DNA of 64,000 nt from Anaplasma sp. (GCA_052043535.1 JBQEQW010000012.1:21560-85559), one strand, 5' to 3'; shown: positions 39,509 through 49,567, counted from the stretch's first letter. The notes: generated from the letters alone by a model not told the origin. Numbers and translations: made by a program.

Positions 39509-39580
39509 CTGGGATGGGAGGGATCGAACCTCCGCATAACGGTACCAAAAACCGCTGCCTTACCGCTTGGCTACATCCCA
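39509..39580 (-). tRNA. tRNA-Gln (anticodon TTG)
   Basis: The reverse complement is tgggatg ta gccaagcggtaaggc a gcggt ttTTGgt accgt tatgc ggagg ttcgatc cctcc catccca g. It is collinear with E. coli tRNA-Gln. Confidence 0.9.
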
Positions 39581-39742
39581 AATATGATTGCTATAATGCA
39601 GCACCAGGGTACCGAAAAATGGTGAAAATGCAATGAAAAACACGAACTTAGCGGCTTTTAGGACTTGTCCAGAAATAAAATTCCTTGTGAAAGTGAGGTT
39701 TTTATATCATTATCGCACCGGCAGTGGTGGTTGGTGCCAAAC

Positions 39743-40597
39743 GTGGTGAACTTCCAGGAAATAGTGCGGAAGTTGGATGTCTATTGGAAGGCCTATGGGT
39801 GCTCTCTCGTATACCCATACACTTCAGAGCTTGGAGCCGGGACCCTTCATCCAGCAACTTCTATCTCGGTTTTAGCCGGAAAAAATAACATGGTTGCATA
39901 TGTGCAACCGGTAATTCGACCGTCAGATGGGAGGTACGGGGAAAACCCTAACAGACTCTATCAACATCACCAGTACCAGGTAGTCATCCAGCCCTCTAGG
40001 TCTTCCTTGGTTGACGATTATCTGCTCAGCCTGGAGGAGATAGGGCTGTCTAGAAATGACTTCGACATCAGATTCCTAGAGGACGATTGGGAGAATCCCA
40101 GCATAGGTGCATCCGGCCTTGGGTGGGAGGTTTCATGCAACGGCATGGAGATCTCTCAGTTTACGTACATGCAGCAGGTGGGAGGAATTGAGTGTCCTGC
40201 AATACCTGCTGAGATAGCCTACGGCATAGAAAGAATCGCGATGGTCCTGCAATCGGTTGATAGTGTTTACGATTTGGTGTGGGATGATTCTGGAACCACG
40301 TACAGGGATGTCTTCCTGGAAAGGGAGCGGGAGTTTTCGGCACTCTCCTTTGAGTACCATGATGTAAACTTCCTGTTTTCTGAGTTTGAAAACGACGAGA
40401 AAATGTGCTCTCTCATGGTCGAGAGCGGCTTCCCCATGGCGGCGTATGATTTTTGCGTCAAGGCAAGTCACGCGCTTAATTTGCTTGAATCCAGGGGAGT
40501 GATTGGCGTTAATGAGCGGGCTGCTTACATATTGAGGGTTAGGAAAATGGCAAACATGTGCTGCAACTCTTACATCCAGCTGCACAGAGCAGCGTGA
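39743..40597 (+). CDS. glyQ: glycine--tRNA ligase alpha subunit
   Basis: Collinear with E. coli GlyQ (PSDGRYGENPNRL, GLGWEV, QFTYMQQVGG). There is no ATG near the conserved N-terminus. GTG at 39743/39746 fits, and the ORF opens at TTG 39665. Confidence 0.9.
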   Translation: MVNFQEIVRKLDVYWKAYGCSLVYPYTSELGAGTLHPATSISVLAGKNNMVAYVQPVIRPSDGRYGENPNRLYQHHQYQVVIQPSRSSLVDDYLLSLEEIGLSRNDFDIRFLEDDWENPSIGASGLGWEVSCNGMEISQFTYMQQVGGIECPAIPAEIAYGIERIAMVLQSVDSVYDLVWDDSGTTYRDVFLEREREFSALSFEYHDVNFLFSEFENDEKMCSLMVESGFPMAAYDFCVKASHALNLLESRGVIGVNERAAYILRVRKMANMCCNSYIQLHRAA

Positions 40598-40598
40598 T

Positions 40599-42677
40599 AT
40601 GCCTTGTGATGTAGTATTTGAGATTCTCTGCGAACAACTCCCGGTAAAAACCATCGGGACTGCCATGGAGTATGTCCTGCCCCAAATAAGTAAAAAGTGT
40701 GATGCCCGTGGGATAAAGCTCGACTCCGCCAGAGCGCTTGCCACCCCACATCGTATAGCGTTCATCGCCCATGATGTTGTCAGGGATGCAAGTCACGGAA
40801 AGAAGGAGATCAAGGGGCCGAAGGTTCCCGCTAGCGAAAGGGCGCTGCAGGGCTTTTTAAAGAAAGTGGGTAAGAGCAGCGTTGAGGAGCTGGAAATACG
40901 TAGTGTCGGGGGCTCCAGTTTCTACTACGGTCCAACAGCCCCACAAAAGGATGACCTGGCCAACGAGGTCGCAGAAGTGCTCCAGGAAATGGTGAATGAA
41001 TTTCCGCTCCACAAGCGCATGAAGTGGGGAGCTGGGATGGGACATTGGGTGCGTCCCGTAGTTAACGTCCTGTGCGTCATCGGAGGGGCGGTACAGAAAG
41101 TTTCCGTGGCAGGAATTGCAGCCAACAACAAAACTTACGGTAGCGTTAGGTTTATGAAAGACGCCCATGTTGTCAGCGGAGTCAAGAATTACCTGACTTT
41201 CATGTCACAAAACATGATTCTACTCGACCAAGAAGAGCGGAGGAGCTCCATCGCCGAGCAGTTGGACCGAGCAATCTCGAAAAGTGGTCTCAGGTATGAC
41301 CTAGACGACAGAGTCTTCGAGGACCTCAGCGGGATGCTAGAACACCCCAGGGTGTTGATTGGCAGCGTAGATGCAGCCCCGAAGGGGGTACCCGAGGCAG
41401 TGGTGTCCTGTGTACTAATCAAGCACCAAAGGTATTTGGCGTTGAGGAACTCCTCCGGTAACATAGTGAAGTTCGCCTCAGTAGCAAATGTGGTCAATGA
41501 TAGATCGATAAAAACACATGAAATGGTCCTAAGCGCTAGATTGTCAGATGCCGAGTTTCTCATCAAGAAGGACCTAGCACATGAGCTGGACCATTTCGTA
41601 GGACTGCTCTCCCACATCGTCTTTAAGAGCGGGTTGGGAACGCTTTTGGACAAGGCCAGGAGGATATCGGCCCTGGCGAAGTTTTGCGCTGTTTGGATAC
41701 CGCACGCCTCGATGCTGCATGCGGAAAGGGCATCTTGGTTGGCAAAAGCAGATCTGGCTACCATGGTGGTGAAGGAGTTCCCCGAGCTGCAGGGAATCAT
41801 GGGCAGGCACTATGCGAGCCATTCCGGGGAAGTAGAGGACATATGCGTGGCTATAGAGGAGCATTATCTTCCCATAAGTTCGAAGGGTGTGTGTCCCTCT
41901 TCACCCACTGGGATCGCTGTGGCAATAGCGGATAGGGTTGATAGCTTGGTGGGACTGATGGCCACCGAGAAGACATCGGGATCACGGGATCCATTTGCTT
42001 TGAGGCGGATGTCCATCGGCCTACTCAGAGTGATAATGGAGAACAACATTTCCATCCCTCTCGATTTGATCGTATCTAAAGCTGTTGCGTTGTATGTTTG
42101 TGATGTCAAAGGCGGGGATTACAGGGCATTTTCCAAAACAAACAAGGAATCCATTGTATCAACCGTCCTGTCCTTTTGCTACGACAGGCTTCAAGTGCTT
42201 CTCGTGGAGCACGGTATAGAAAAGGAAATGGCAGGCGCGGTGGTCGGGAGTTTGCATTATGTAGTGGCGGCGAAGAAGAAGGCCGAAATCATCAGCAACT
42301 ATCTACAGACAAAAAAGGGGCAGAAAGTGTTGACCGCATATCGGAGGGTGCACAACATCGTGAGTAAGGAGGACCTTGTAGATATGAGCGATAAATGCGA
42401 TAAGAAACTGTGCCTCACGAGCTGTGAATTGGAGCTATATAACAACGTGAAGTATTACAAAAAGCTTCTTGGTACACTGGTAAAGGAGAACCGCTTTTCT
42501 GAGGCTATGGAGGCGTTGTATGGGTTTGGGACAGCGGTAGACGGATTCATGGATGGAGTTCGGATATGTGACAAGGAAAATCTAGCGTTGTACAAAAACA
42601 GGGCTGGTCTGTCCGTGTCCTCTCTAAACGTGTATCACTTGGTGCTGGATTTCAATAAAATACTGAAAAGCGCCTAG
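40599..42677 (+). CDS. glyS: glycine--tRNA ligase beta subunit
   Basis: 692 aa, immediately downstream of glyQ. Carries the GlyS motifs ELQGIMG..YA and DPFALRR. Confidence 0.9.
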   Translation: MPCDVVFEILCEQLPVKTIGTAMEYVLPQISKKCDARGIKLDSARALATPHRIAFIAHDVVRDASHGKKEIKGPKVPASERALQGFLKKVGKSSVEELEIRSVGGSSFYYGPTAPQKDDLANEVAEVLQEMVNEFPLHKRMKWGAGMGHWVRPVVNVLCVIGGAVQKVSVAGIAANNKTYGSVRFMKDAHVVSGVKNYLTFMSQNMILLDQEERRSSIAEQLDRAISKSGLRYDLDDRVFEDLSGMLEHPRVLIGSVDAAPKGVPEAVVSCVLIKHQRYLALRNSSGNIVKFASVANVVNDRSIKTHEMVLSARLSDAEFLIKKDLAHELDHFVGLLSHIVFKSGLGTLLDKARRISALAKFCAVWIPHASMLHAERASWLAKADLATMVVKEFPELQGIMGRHYASHSGEVEDICVAIEEHYLPISSKGVCPSSPTGIAVAIADRVDSLVGLMATEKTSGSRDPFALRRMSIGLLRVIMENNISIPLDLIVSKAVALYVCDVKGGDYRAFSKTNKESIVSTVLSFCYDRLQVLLVEHGIEKEMAGAVVGSLHYVVAAKKKAEIISNYLQTKKGQKVLTAYRRVHNIVSKEDLVDMSDKCDKKLCLTSCELELYNNVKYYKKLLGTLVKENRFSEAMEALYGFGTAVDGFMDGVRICDKENLALYKNRAGLSVSSLNVYHLVLDFNKILKSA

Positions 42678-42748
42678 TCAGTCCTTGAATTTTTGCGTTC
42701 TAATGCATAGATAACTAACTTGCTTTAAAATATTTTCAAAGAGCAGAA

Positions 42749-43894
42749 ATGGGCAGCAACGACTATTATGAAACACTCGGGGTTGGTAGAAGCGCCAGTG
42801 AAGAGGAAATAAAAAAAGCGTACCGAAGGCTAGTTCTGAAGTATCACCCGGATAAGAATCCTGGCGACAAGGAGGCTGAGGACAAGTTCAAAAAAGTCAG
42901 TGAGGCGTATGAAATCCTAACCAACCCCGACAAGCGGGCTGCGTACGATCGTTATGGCCACGGTGCCTTTTCAGGTGGAGGAGGAAACACTAGCGGTTTT
43001 GATTTTGCTAGCGGTTTCTCGACAGATTTTTCTGACATCTTCAACGACTTCTTTGGTGGAGGGTTTAGTAGGTCAACCAGGCAGAGCAGCAGAGAGAACA
43101 TGCGCGGCTCTGATCTCCGGTATGACATAGAAATTTCCATGGAGGATGCGTTTAACGGAGTTAAGGTCCCGATTAGCTACGTAACCAATGTAAAATGTTC
43201 CTCCTGCTCTGGTAGTGGGGGCGAAGGTGCAGTCAGCTCGGTGAAGTGTGGTACATGTAACGGCGCGGGTAGCATCAGAACTAGAAAGGGTTTTCTCACC
43301 ATTGAAGAAGTGTGCCACGTGTGTAACGGGGAAGGTGAGGTCATTAAGAACAAGTGCAGAAAGTGCGGTGGGACAGGTCGGGTCAGGGACGAAGTGAGCC
43401 TGCTTGTAACAGTCCCCAAGGGCATCGACACGGGAAATAAAGTAAGAGTTAACGGCAAAGGCGAGGCCGGATGCAGGGGGGCAAGGGAAGGTGATCTTTA
43501 CGTGTATGTTATGGTCAAGGACCACAAGTTCTTCACCAGAAAGGCCTCTGATCTTCACTGTAGTGTTCCAATTAAGATGACCATCGCTGCCCTCGGAGGA
43601 GAAATAGAGATGCCGTCCATCGATGGGTCGTGGACCAGACTCAAAATCCCGGAAGGGTCTCAGAGTGGGGATAAGTTAAGAATGAAGGGCAAAGGAATGC
43701 CGGAGGTGAACGCTAAGGACAAGAGAGGAGACATGTACGTTTACATTACCGTGGAGACCCCTGTAAAGCTTACTAAAAAGCAAATTGATCTCCTGAAGAA
43801 GTTTGATGAAGAATCTAGCGCTAACTGCAGCCCTAAGTACTCCGGATTCTTTCAGAAGGTGAAGGATTTCTGGAGGGACATAAGTTCAGGGTAG
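42749..43894 (+). CDS. dnaJ: molecular chaperone DnaJ
   Basis: J domain with HPD, a G/F region and four CxxCxGxG zinc motifs. Confidence 0.95.
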   Translation: MGSNDYYETLGVGRSASEEEIKKAYRRLVLKYHPDKNPGDKEAEDKFKKVSEAYEILTNPDKRAAYDRYGHGAFSGGGGNTSGFDFASGFSTDFSDIFNDFFGGGFSRSTRQSSRENMRGSDLRYDIEISMEDAFNGVKVPISYVTNVKCSSCSGSGGEGAVSSVKCGTCNGAGSIRTRKGFLTIEEVCHVCNGEGEVIKNKCRKCGGTGRVRDEVSLLVTVPKGIDTGNKVRVNGKGEAGCRGAREGDLYVYVMVKDHKFFTRKASDLHCSVPIKMTIAALGGEIEMPSIDGSWTRLKIPEGSQSGDKLRMKGKGMPEVNAKDKRGDMYVYITVETPVKLTKKQIDLLKKFDEESSANCSPKYSGFFQKVKDFWRDISSG

Positions 43895-43912
43895 GAAGTA
43901 AAGCTTCCAATC

Positions 43913-44731
43913 CTAGCACACGTCCAGCCCAATGTCCTTGCATGAGAAGGAATGGGTGATGGCACCTATCGATATATAGTCCACTCCGGAGTGGGCAATC
44001 TCCCGCACGTTCCCCATATTTACTCCTCCTGAGACTTCGATTCTAGCGGAGGACTTAACTATTCTCACAGAGTCTCTAATGTCTGAGACGCTCATATTGT
44101 CCAGCATTATCAAGTTCACCGAGTTTTCTACGGACTCTTCCACTTGCTCCATGTTATCGCACTCTACTGTGATAAACACATCATTTCCAAGCTTTTCCCG
44201 AATTCTGGAAACACATTTGGTTACACAACCGCAGCTAGCTATGTGATTATCCTTTATCATGACCCCATCATATAACCCCCTCCTGTAAGTCCAACCACCG
44301 CCAACTCGCACGGCATACAGGTCAAATTCTCTTAAACCTGGGGAAGTTTTTCTGGTACTCCGAATCTGAGCCTTAGTTCCAGCAACTGCCAAAACAAATT
44401 CCCGAGTGCACGAGGAAATTGCAGAAGCGCGTTGCAAGAAGTTTAATAAAACTCTTTCGAGGGATAGAATCTTCGATGCGGGTCCGTGACCCTCTATGAT
44501 GTTTGTTCCCGGAGAAATGTCGCTTCCGTCGCTTTTTAACAGAACAAAGCTAATGCCTTGCCCGTACATGGAAAATATCTCCTCTGCGGCTACAATACCC
44601 GCCAAGACCATTTTCTCCCTAGAGCTTACGGAGAACCTTATCTTCTCCTCACTAAATATACAGTTTGTAGTTATGTCCCCATCACTACCTAGGTCTTCAA
44701 CCCATGCAGAGCGTATCACCTCCTCAAACAC
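43913..44731 (-). CDS. nadC: nicotinate-nucleotide diphosphorylase (quinolinate phosphoribosyltransferase)
   Basis: TRKTSPGLR, MIKDNH and the C-terminal EVSGG...ISIGA pattern. Confidence 0.9.
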   Translation of the reverse strand: MFEEVIRSAWVEDLGSDGDITTNCIFSEEKIRFSVSSREKMVLAGIVAAEEIFSMYGQGISFVLLKSDGSDISPGTNIIEGHGPASKILSLERVLLNFLQRASAISSCTREFVLAVAGTKAQIRSTRKTSPGLREFDLYAVRVGGGWTYRRGLYDGVMIKDNHIASCGCVTKCVSRIREKLGNDVFITVECDNMEQVEESVENSVNLIMLDNMSVSDIRDSVRIVKSSARIEVSGGVNMGNVREIAHSGVDYISIGAITHSFSCKDIGLDVC

Positions 44732-44801
44732 AATGTACCCACGTGACTAGAGCCCCTCTCAAGTGTATGTTATAATCCTTAGGCTATGAAGAGAATTTTG
44801 C

Positions 44802-45389
44802 ATGGATCTGTTGCCCCTAGTCTGGTCGCTATCCGTTGCTTACCTAGTGGGGTCGGTGCCCATTTCCTATGTGTTGGTGAGCGTTTTTTACAAGAAAGAC
44901 CTTAGAACGGTTGGTTCCGGAAATTTGGGGGCTACTAACGTGTTCCGAATAAACAGAAAGCTTGGCATAGTAGCTCTTATACTGGACTCCTCCAAGTCGT
45001 GTGTGACCTTACTCCTTCTTGAGAAGTATGGGCTGCCCAGAGATATCCTGTACCTTGCTGGGCTATTGTCTGTTGTGGGACATGTTTTTCCGGTGTGGTT
45101 TGCGTTCAAGGGGGGAAAAGGTGTTGCCTCGACAATTGGGATCACCTTTGCCCTGAACTACAAGCTTTGCCTGGTGCTGCTACTAACCTGGGTCTCGTTT
45201 TGCGTATTGTTCAGGTACTCATCGCTCTCATCCATCATGGCCATACTGGCCTCTTGCGTTTATTGTATGATCAGCGAAGAGCTATACTCCTTCCTTACCT
45301 ATTCTGCTATATCACTCATAATTCTGGTAAAACACAGAAAAAACATCAAGGGACTGCTGAGTGGCAAAGAAACCAAGCTTTTTTGCTAG
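44802..45389 (+). CDS. plsY: glycerol-3-phosphate acyltransferase PlsY
   Basis: SGNLGATNVFR and FKGGKGVA motifs, with 5-6 TM helices. Confidence 0.9.
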   Translation: MDLLPLVWSLSVAYLVGSVPISYVLVSVFYKKDLRTVGSGNLGATNVFRINRKLGIVALILDSSKSCVTLLLLEKYGLPRDILYLAGLLSVVGHVFPVWFAFKGGKGVASTIGITFALNYKLCLVLLLTWVSFCVLFRYSSLSSIMAILASCVYCMISEELYSFLTYSAISLIILVKHRKNIKGLLSGKETKLFC

Positions 45390-45880
45390 GCACAGTAGCT
45401 ACGGTTTCTACTGCTGTACGCATGGCATATAGCAGTCGCCAAAGCATCTGATGAGTGATGGTTAAACACCGTTTCGTCATTTAACCCCAGCGTGGTCCGA
45501 ACCATGAAAGCAACTTGTTCCTTCCCTGCCATACCGCTTCCAGTGACACACTTCTTCACTGCGGTGGAGGAGTACTCGTATATCTTAATGCCTTTATACA
45601 TCATGGAAATTACGGAAGCCGCCCTTGCGTAGCAGAGTGACATTGATGAGCGTGGGTTCGAGTTAATGAAGACCTTCTCGATCGACGCCTCAACAATCTC
45701 GTATTGGCTCACAATGGAGATTAGTTCTTCGTATATCAGGTACAACTTATCGTTCTCGCTGCCCTGCCCCTTTGCGGAAATAACACCACTACCTATCAGC
45801 GAGATAGGCTGCCTCGCTGTAAACGAAAGAACACCCCAGCCAGTAAAGTTAAGCCCTGGGTCTAGACCAATAACTACCAC
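45386..45880 (-). CDS. ruvC: crossover junction endodeoxyribonuclease RuvC
   Basis: The N-terminal IGLDPGL catalytic Asp and the C-terminal SDALATAICH motif. Confidence 0.9.
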   Translation of the reverse strand: MVVIGLDPGLNFTGWGVLSFTARQPISLIGSGVISAKGQGSENDKLYLIYEELISIVSQYEIVEASIEKVFINSNPRSSMSLCYARAASVISMMYKGIKIYEYSSTAVKKCVTGSGMAGKEQVAFMVRTTLGLNDETVFNHHSSDALATAICHAYSSRNRSYCA

Positions 45881-45884
45881 CCTC

Positions 45885-46706
45885 CTAAGAGCTCACAATG
45901 TACAGGAAGATGAATAGGAACAACCACACAACGTCAACGAAGTGCCAGTACCAAGCGGCACATTCAAACCCTACATGGCAGCTAGCGGAAATTTGCCCTT
46001 TCCTCATGCGGAACCAGCATACGATTAGGAATATTACCCCAACAACGACATGTAGCCCGTGGAACCCTGTGGTCATGAAAAAGTTGGACGGGTATATTGT
46101 CTTCTCCTCTAGCTCACCAAGAGTGAAGCCAACATGTATGTACTCAATAAACTGAAAGGATGAGAAAATAACCCCCAGAGCTATCGTTGCCAAGATAGCT
46201 CTGGAGGCGGATTTTATGTCGTTTTCAAGTAACAGGTGATGCGACCACGTGACGGTACATCCGGACAGTAAGAGAGTGACCGTATTGAAGAATGGGATGG
46301 ACCAAGGGTCTATGGTCTTGATCCCGTCCGGGGGCCATGAGGTACTTACCTTCTCAGAAAAATCAATCAGTGTATATATGGGAAAAAGCCAGGCTTTGAA
46401 GAATGACCAGAAAAAGGCAAAAAAGAGCATGGCTTCTGATAGTATCATGACCGCCATGCCTATACGCATGCCGCTCCTCATTGTATGAGTGAAGAGGCTC
46501 TCATTCTTGACCTCAGATGAGATGTCGCACCACCATTTGTATAGAACTCCAATGGTACATCCTCCTCCAAGTAGTAGAGCTACCAGCCAGTAGATACCGT
46601 CCTGTGCCACCTTTGCTGCTCCAAGAGCGGTGAGGAGGGCGCTCAAAGAAAGGAGTACAGGCCAAGGGCTCGGAGGGAGCACTTGGTGTTGATGTCTCTT
46701 CTTCAT
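45885..46706 (-). CDS. ctaE: cytochrome c oxidase subunit III
   Basis: HQHQVLPPSPWP at the N-terminus, 7 TM helices, and FHGLHV..G and WYWHFVDVVWLFLF motifs. Confidence 0.9.
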   Translation of the reverse strand: MKKRHQHQVLPPSPWPVLLSLSALLTALGAAKVAQDGIYWLVALLLGGGCTIGVLYKWWCDISSEVKNESLFTHTMRSGMRIGMAVMILSEAMLFFAFFWSFFKAWLFPIYTLIDFSEKVSTSWPPDGIKTIDPWSIPFFNTVTLLLSGCTVTWSHHLLLENDIKSASRAILATIALGVIFSSFQFIEYIHVGFTLGELEEKTIYPSNFFMTTGFHGLHVVVGVIFLIVCWFRMRKGQISASCHVGFECAAWYWHFVDVVWLFLFIFLYIVSS

Positions 46707-46775
46707 CGAAAGGCTGCAACCACTTAAGAAGTAATGGAACCTTACAGAGTAAAGAGAGAGTGTGTCAAGATTATT

Positions 46776-47804
46776 TCACGTAGCCTCTCTGACTGTCCGG
46801 ATGAGACTTTCCACATTCTCTAACGGCGTCTCCGGGAGTATACCATGTCCCAGGTTAAATACCAGAGGCTTATCTCTTAATTCCCTAACTATTTCCCTTG
46901 CACTTTCATCCGATCTGTCACGGGAGTATGCCAACAAGAACGGGTCTAAGTTCCCCTGGATAGGGCAGTTAAGGTTCTCCTTTATCCAAGCTATTGGCAC
47001 ACTGTAGTCAACACTTACTGCAGATACTCCGGTTTCCTCAGAGTATCTCTTGTACATTACTCCAGAACCTTTTGGAAACCCAGTGATAGGAGTGTAAGGA
47101 TACTTACTATGGACGTAAGAGATTATCTCCTTTGTAGGACCGATAACAAATTCCTCAAATAGCCTCACAGGGAGTACAAACACGTTACTGTCAAACAGCT
47201 GTAGAACATCCACTCCACTTTCCACCTGCTTAACTAGGTAGAGCGAAGTGAGTTGAGTGATCTCTTCCATAACCCTTCTTATTGGCAGGGTTTCTATATC
47301 GAGAAGCTCACCCTTTCTCATATTAAAAAAGTTCTTCTCACCCCCAAAAACGTAGGTAGCTACCGTCCATGGGGAACCTGCAAACCCAATCAGCGTTTTG
47401 TCCCCCGGTAGGGACTTTCTAACCCTCTTTATGCCCTCAAAGATGGGAGAGAGCCTCAAAACCGCACCGTCCATGGAATTTGTTGAGAGGCTGCCTGTGA
47501 CTTTGGGTCCATATCCCCTTTTAAAATCTACTCCGTAGCCAAGAGCATCGGGGACTACCATAATATCAGAAAACATTATCGCAGCATCGACATCAAACCG
47601 CCTTATTGGTTGGAGGGTAACCTCTTCCATTATCTCAGGGGTATAGCATGCCTGGAGGAAGTTCTCTACCCCCCCCATAACCTTGTGATACTCAGGAAGA
47701 TATCTCCCGGCCTGCCTCATAAACCATACAGGGATTCTACCCTGAGGTTTTCTCTCCTGTAGAGTTTTCTCAAGTACTCTGGCTTCTTCTTTTGAACTAA
47801 ACAT
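46776..47804 (-). CDS. hemE: uroporphyrinogen decarboxylase
   Basis: The PVWFMRQAGRYLPEY signature and collinear URO-D fold motifs. Confidence 0.9.
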   Translation of the reverse strand: MFSSKEEARVLEKTLQERKPQGRIPVWFMRQAGRYLPEYHKVMGGVENFLQACYTPEIMEEVTLQPIRRFDVDAAIMFSDIMVVPDALGYGVDFKRGYGPKVTGSLSTNSMDGAVLRLSPIFEGIKRVRKSLPGDKTLIGFAGSPWTVATYVFGGEKNFFNMRKGELLDIETLPIRRVMEEITQLTSLYLVKQVESGVDVLQLFDSNVFVLPVRLFEEFVIGPTKEIISYVHSKYPYTPITGFPKGSGVMYKRYSEETGVSAVSVDYSVPIAWIKENLNCPIQGNLDPFLLAYSRDRSDESAREIVRELRDKPLVFNLGHGILPETPLENVESLIRTVREAT

Positions 47805-47869
47805 AAATAATCTTCCTTATGTATAATTATATTTTTTATTATACCTGTGAATTGTGTGGGTAACTTCGT

Positions 47870-47891
47870 ATTATGTGAAATCTCACATAAT
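47870..47891. repeat. 9-bp perfect inverted repeat attatgtga-aatc-tcacataat
   Basis: Read directly from the sequence, within the putative origin. Confidence 0.8.
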
Positions 47892-47907
47892 ACGACTCGC
47901 TCCCTTC

Positions 47908-47916
47908 TGTGGATAA
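47908..47916 (-). promoter_or_regulatory. perfect consensus DnaA box TTATCCACA
   Basis: The plus strand reads tgtggataa. Confidence 0.7.
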
Positions 47917-48071
47917 ATTTGTTAGTAAAGTATCTAAGTGCCTGATTTTGTGCATAAATTTATGTGCATAAAATGTGTGTGAATTATGTTGATAACTGCT
48001 GGGCAAAGGACTGTGCCGAACCCGGCGAACAGCGCATTTTTCTGAGAACTCTGTGCATAACATCGTGACGC

Positions 48072-48119
48072 TGTGTTGATATCTTTGTTTCACCTTTCAT
48101 TTACAGTGTTATCAACACA
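48072..48119. repeat. 10-bp perfect inverted repeat tgtgttgata ... tatcaacaca (two DnaA-box-like sites facing each other)
   Basis: Arms at 48072-48081 and 48110-48119, separated by 28 bp. Confidence 0.8.
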
Positions 48120-48207
48120 GTTATACAGAGTAACTTTGTGTGGAAAGGAAGGGTTTAGGTGGTTATACTCTGAAACTCTATGTGAGTGGTTTGTTGGTTA
48201 GCTTCTA

Positions 48208-49068
48208 ATGGGAAGTAGAGTTTCTGAGGATGGTGAAGACAGTGGCGGTTCTCCTCTTGGTAGTTTGAGGCGTTTTTTTTACTCGTTTCTTCTGAAGCTG
48301 TGTCCGGGGTTTGAGCAGTTCGTAAAAAGCAAGATAGTTGCCGAAAGCGCATTGCACTTTGACGGATCACATATCATGGGCAACTTGATGCGGCTGGACG
48401 AGTGCTCAGTGAAAGAAGTCATGGTGCAGCGGTCTGAGATATTCTCTCTCGGGATAGATGACAGTAACCTGCTCAACAAGGTTCTGAAGAGTCAATACAC
48501 CAGGGTGCCTATCTACAAGGATAACGTGGATAACATAATCGGGTTCATACACATAAAGGACATAACATCGAAAGGGAGCGGTGAGTTCAACGTCAAGAGC
48601 ATCATACACAATGTCATGTACGTGCCGCATTCCATGAAGGCAGTTAATCTTTTTGTGAAAATGCAGTCCTCCCGGGTGCACATGGCAGTGGTATTGGACG
48701 AATACGGGAGCACGGACGGGCTCGTCACCATGGCAGACATCATTGAAGAAATCGTTGGTGACATAGAAGACGAACACGATGTTCCTTCCATTCCTGACAT
48801 CGTGGACATCGCCAACGATAAAATTGAGGTGAACGCTAGGGTTCTGGTGCGCACTTTGGAACAGTCTTTGGGTATCACGCTGCGGGATTCCGAGGAGGAA
48901 GAGTACGTGACCGTGGGCGGGCTGATTCTCTCTATGGCAGGAAGAGTCCCCCATGTAGGTGAGGTCCTGGACCATAGAAGCGGAGCGGTCTTTTTGGTGA
49001 AGGAAGTGGACAGCAGGTGCATATACAGGGTGGTAATAGATCTGAGCGGAGTACAGAGGCACCATTGA
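48208..49068 (+). CDS. tlyC: CBS-domain / CorC_HlyC transporter-associated protein (TlyC-like hemolysin C)
   Basis: A tandem CBS pair followed by a CorC/HlyC C-terminal domain (VDEYGSTDGLVTMADIIEEIVG). Confidence 0.85.
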   Translation: MGSRVSEDGEDSGGSPLGSLRRFFYSFLLKLCPGFEQFVKSKIVAESALHFDGSHIMGNLMRLDECSVKEVMVQRSEIFSLGIDDSNLLNKVLKSQYTRVPIYKDNVDNIIGFIHIKDITSKGSGEFNVKSIIHNVMYVPHSMKAVNLFVKMQSSRVHMAVVLDEYGSTDGLVTMADIIEEIVGDIEDEHDVPSIPDIVDIANDKIEVNARVLVRTLEQSLGITLRDSEEEEYVTVGGLILSMAGRVPHVGEVLDHRSGAVFLVKEVDSRCIYRVVIDLSGVQRHH

Positions 49069-49085
49069 AATTGCTGATCTCGCGT

Positions 49086-49541
49086 CTAGCGCGGGATCCC
49101 TTTTTCCACTCTGCCGATTCTTGCCATGTTGTTTGCGGGAAAAGATACGATGCTAATTTCCCATAAGTCTACTCTGGAGATCACTCTCACGCCTGACCTC
49201 CCTTCTCGCCTAGATTTGACTACTTTGTACCCTATAGACAGCGCGTCTATGCTGCCATCTTTCATCAGGGCATAGGCCTCCCGAGCTCTTTGTATCTCCA
49301 GGTTGAGCTTTGCCAATATCAGCAGCCCGAAAGAATCTTCGCGCGCCCTGAGTACCTTACCTATGGGCTCTCTTATGCTGTGTTGCCACAAGAGGACTAT
49401 CCTTCTTTGCTTGAGAGAGTCTGCGAAAGCTCCCGGCTCTATTGTATCGTTCTGGCCGTCCACGTGGTTAAAAACGCTGGCGTAGCCCTGAAAACTCCCT
49501 TGTCCCAGCTTTTTCCGGGAAGAGCGCTTGATAATGTTCAT
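49086..49541 (-). CDS. HK97-family phage prohead protease
   Basis: 151 aa. GYASVFN...D..D.IEPGAF, LLWQH, SIGY and ISIVSFPAN are typical of the Peptidase_S78 family. Confidence 0.85.
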   Translation of the reverse strand: MNIIKRSSRKKLGQGSFQGYASVFNHVDGQNDTIEPGAFADSLKQRRIVLLWQHSIREPIGKVLRAREDSFGLLILAKLNLEIQRAREAYALMKDGSIDALSIGYKVVKSRREGRSGVRVISRVDLWEISIVSFPANNMARIGRVEKGIPR

Positions 49542-49567
49542 AACAGTTACCGAATTGAAAAACGCTT

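Larger units (their letters stand above)
47805..48207. other. putative chromosomal replication origin (oriC)
   Basis: 403-bp ORF-poor spacer between hemE and tlyC. There is an AT-rich stretch at 47805-47843. DnaA boxes fitting TTATNCACA, all in one orientation, lie at 47908-47916 (perfect TTATCCACA), 47949-47957, 47963-47971 and 48052-48060 (TTATGCACA). TTATCAACA-type boxes lie at 47987-47995, 48074-48082 and 48109-48117, and TTACCCACA at 47855-47863. Confidence 0.65.

Noticed and set aside
47805-48207. CtrA (TTAA-N7-TTAA) and IHF sites in the putative origin.
   Set aside because: I found no TTAA-N7-TTAA match and only an out-of-register IHF-like string, so I make no claim.
48406-49065. Long antisense ORFs inside tlyC (48406-49065 and 48513-49022, minus strand).
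   Set aside because: They lie antisense to a well-supported CBS/CorC gene. Their odd composition (H/V/Y/P-rich) and lack of SD mark them as shadow ORFs.
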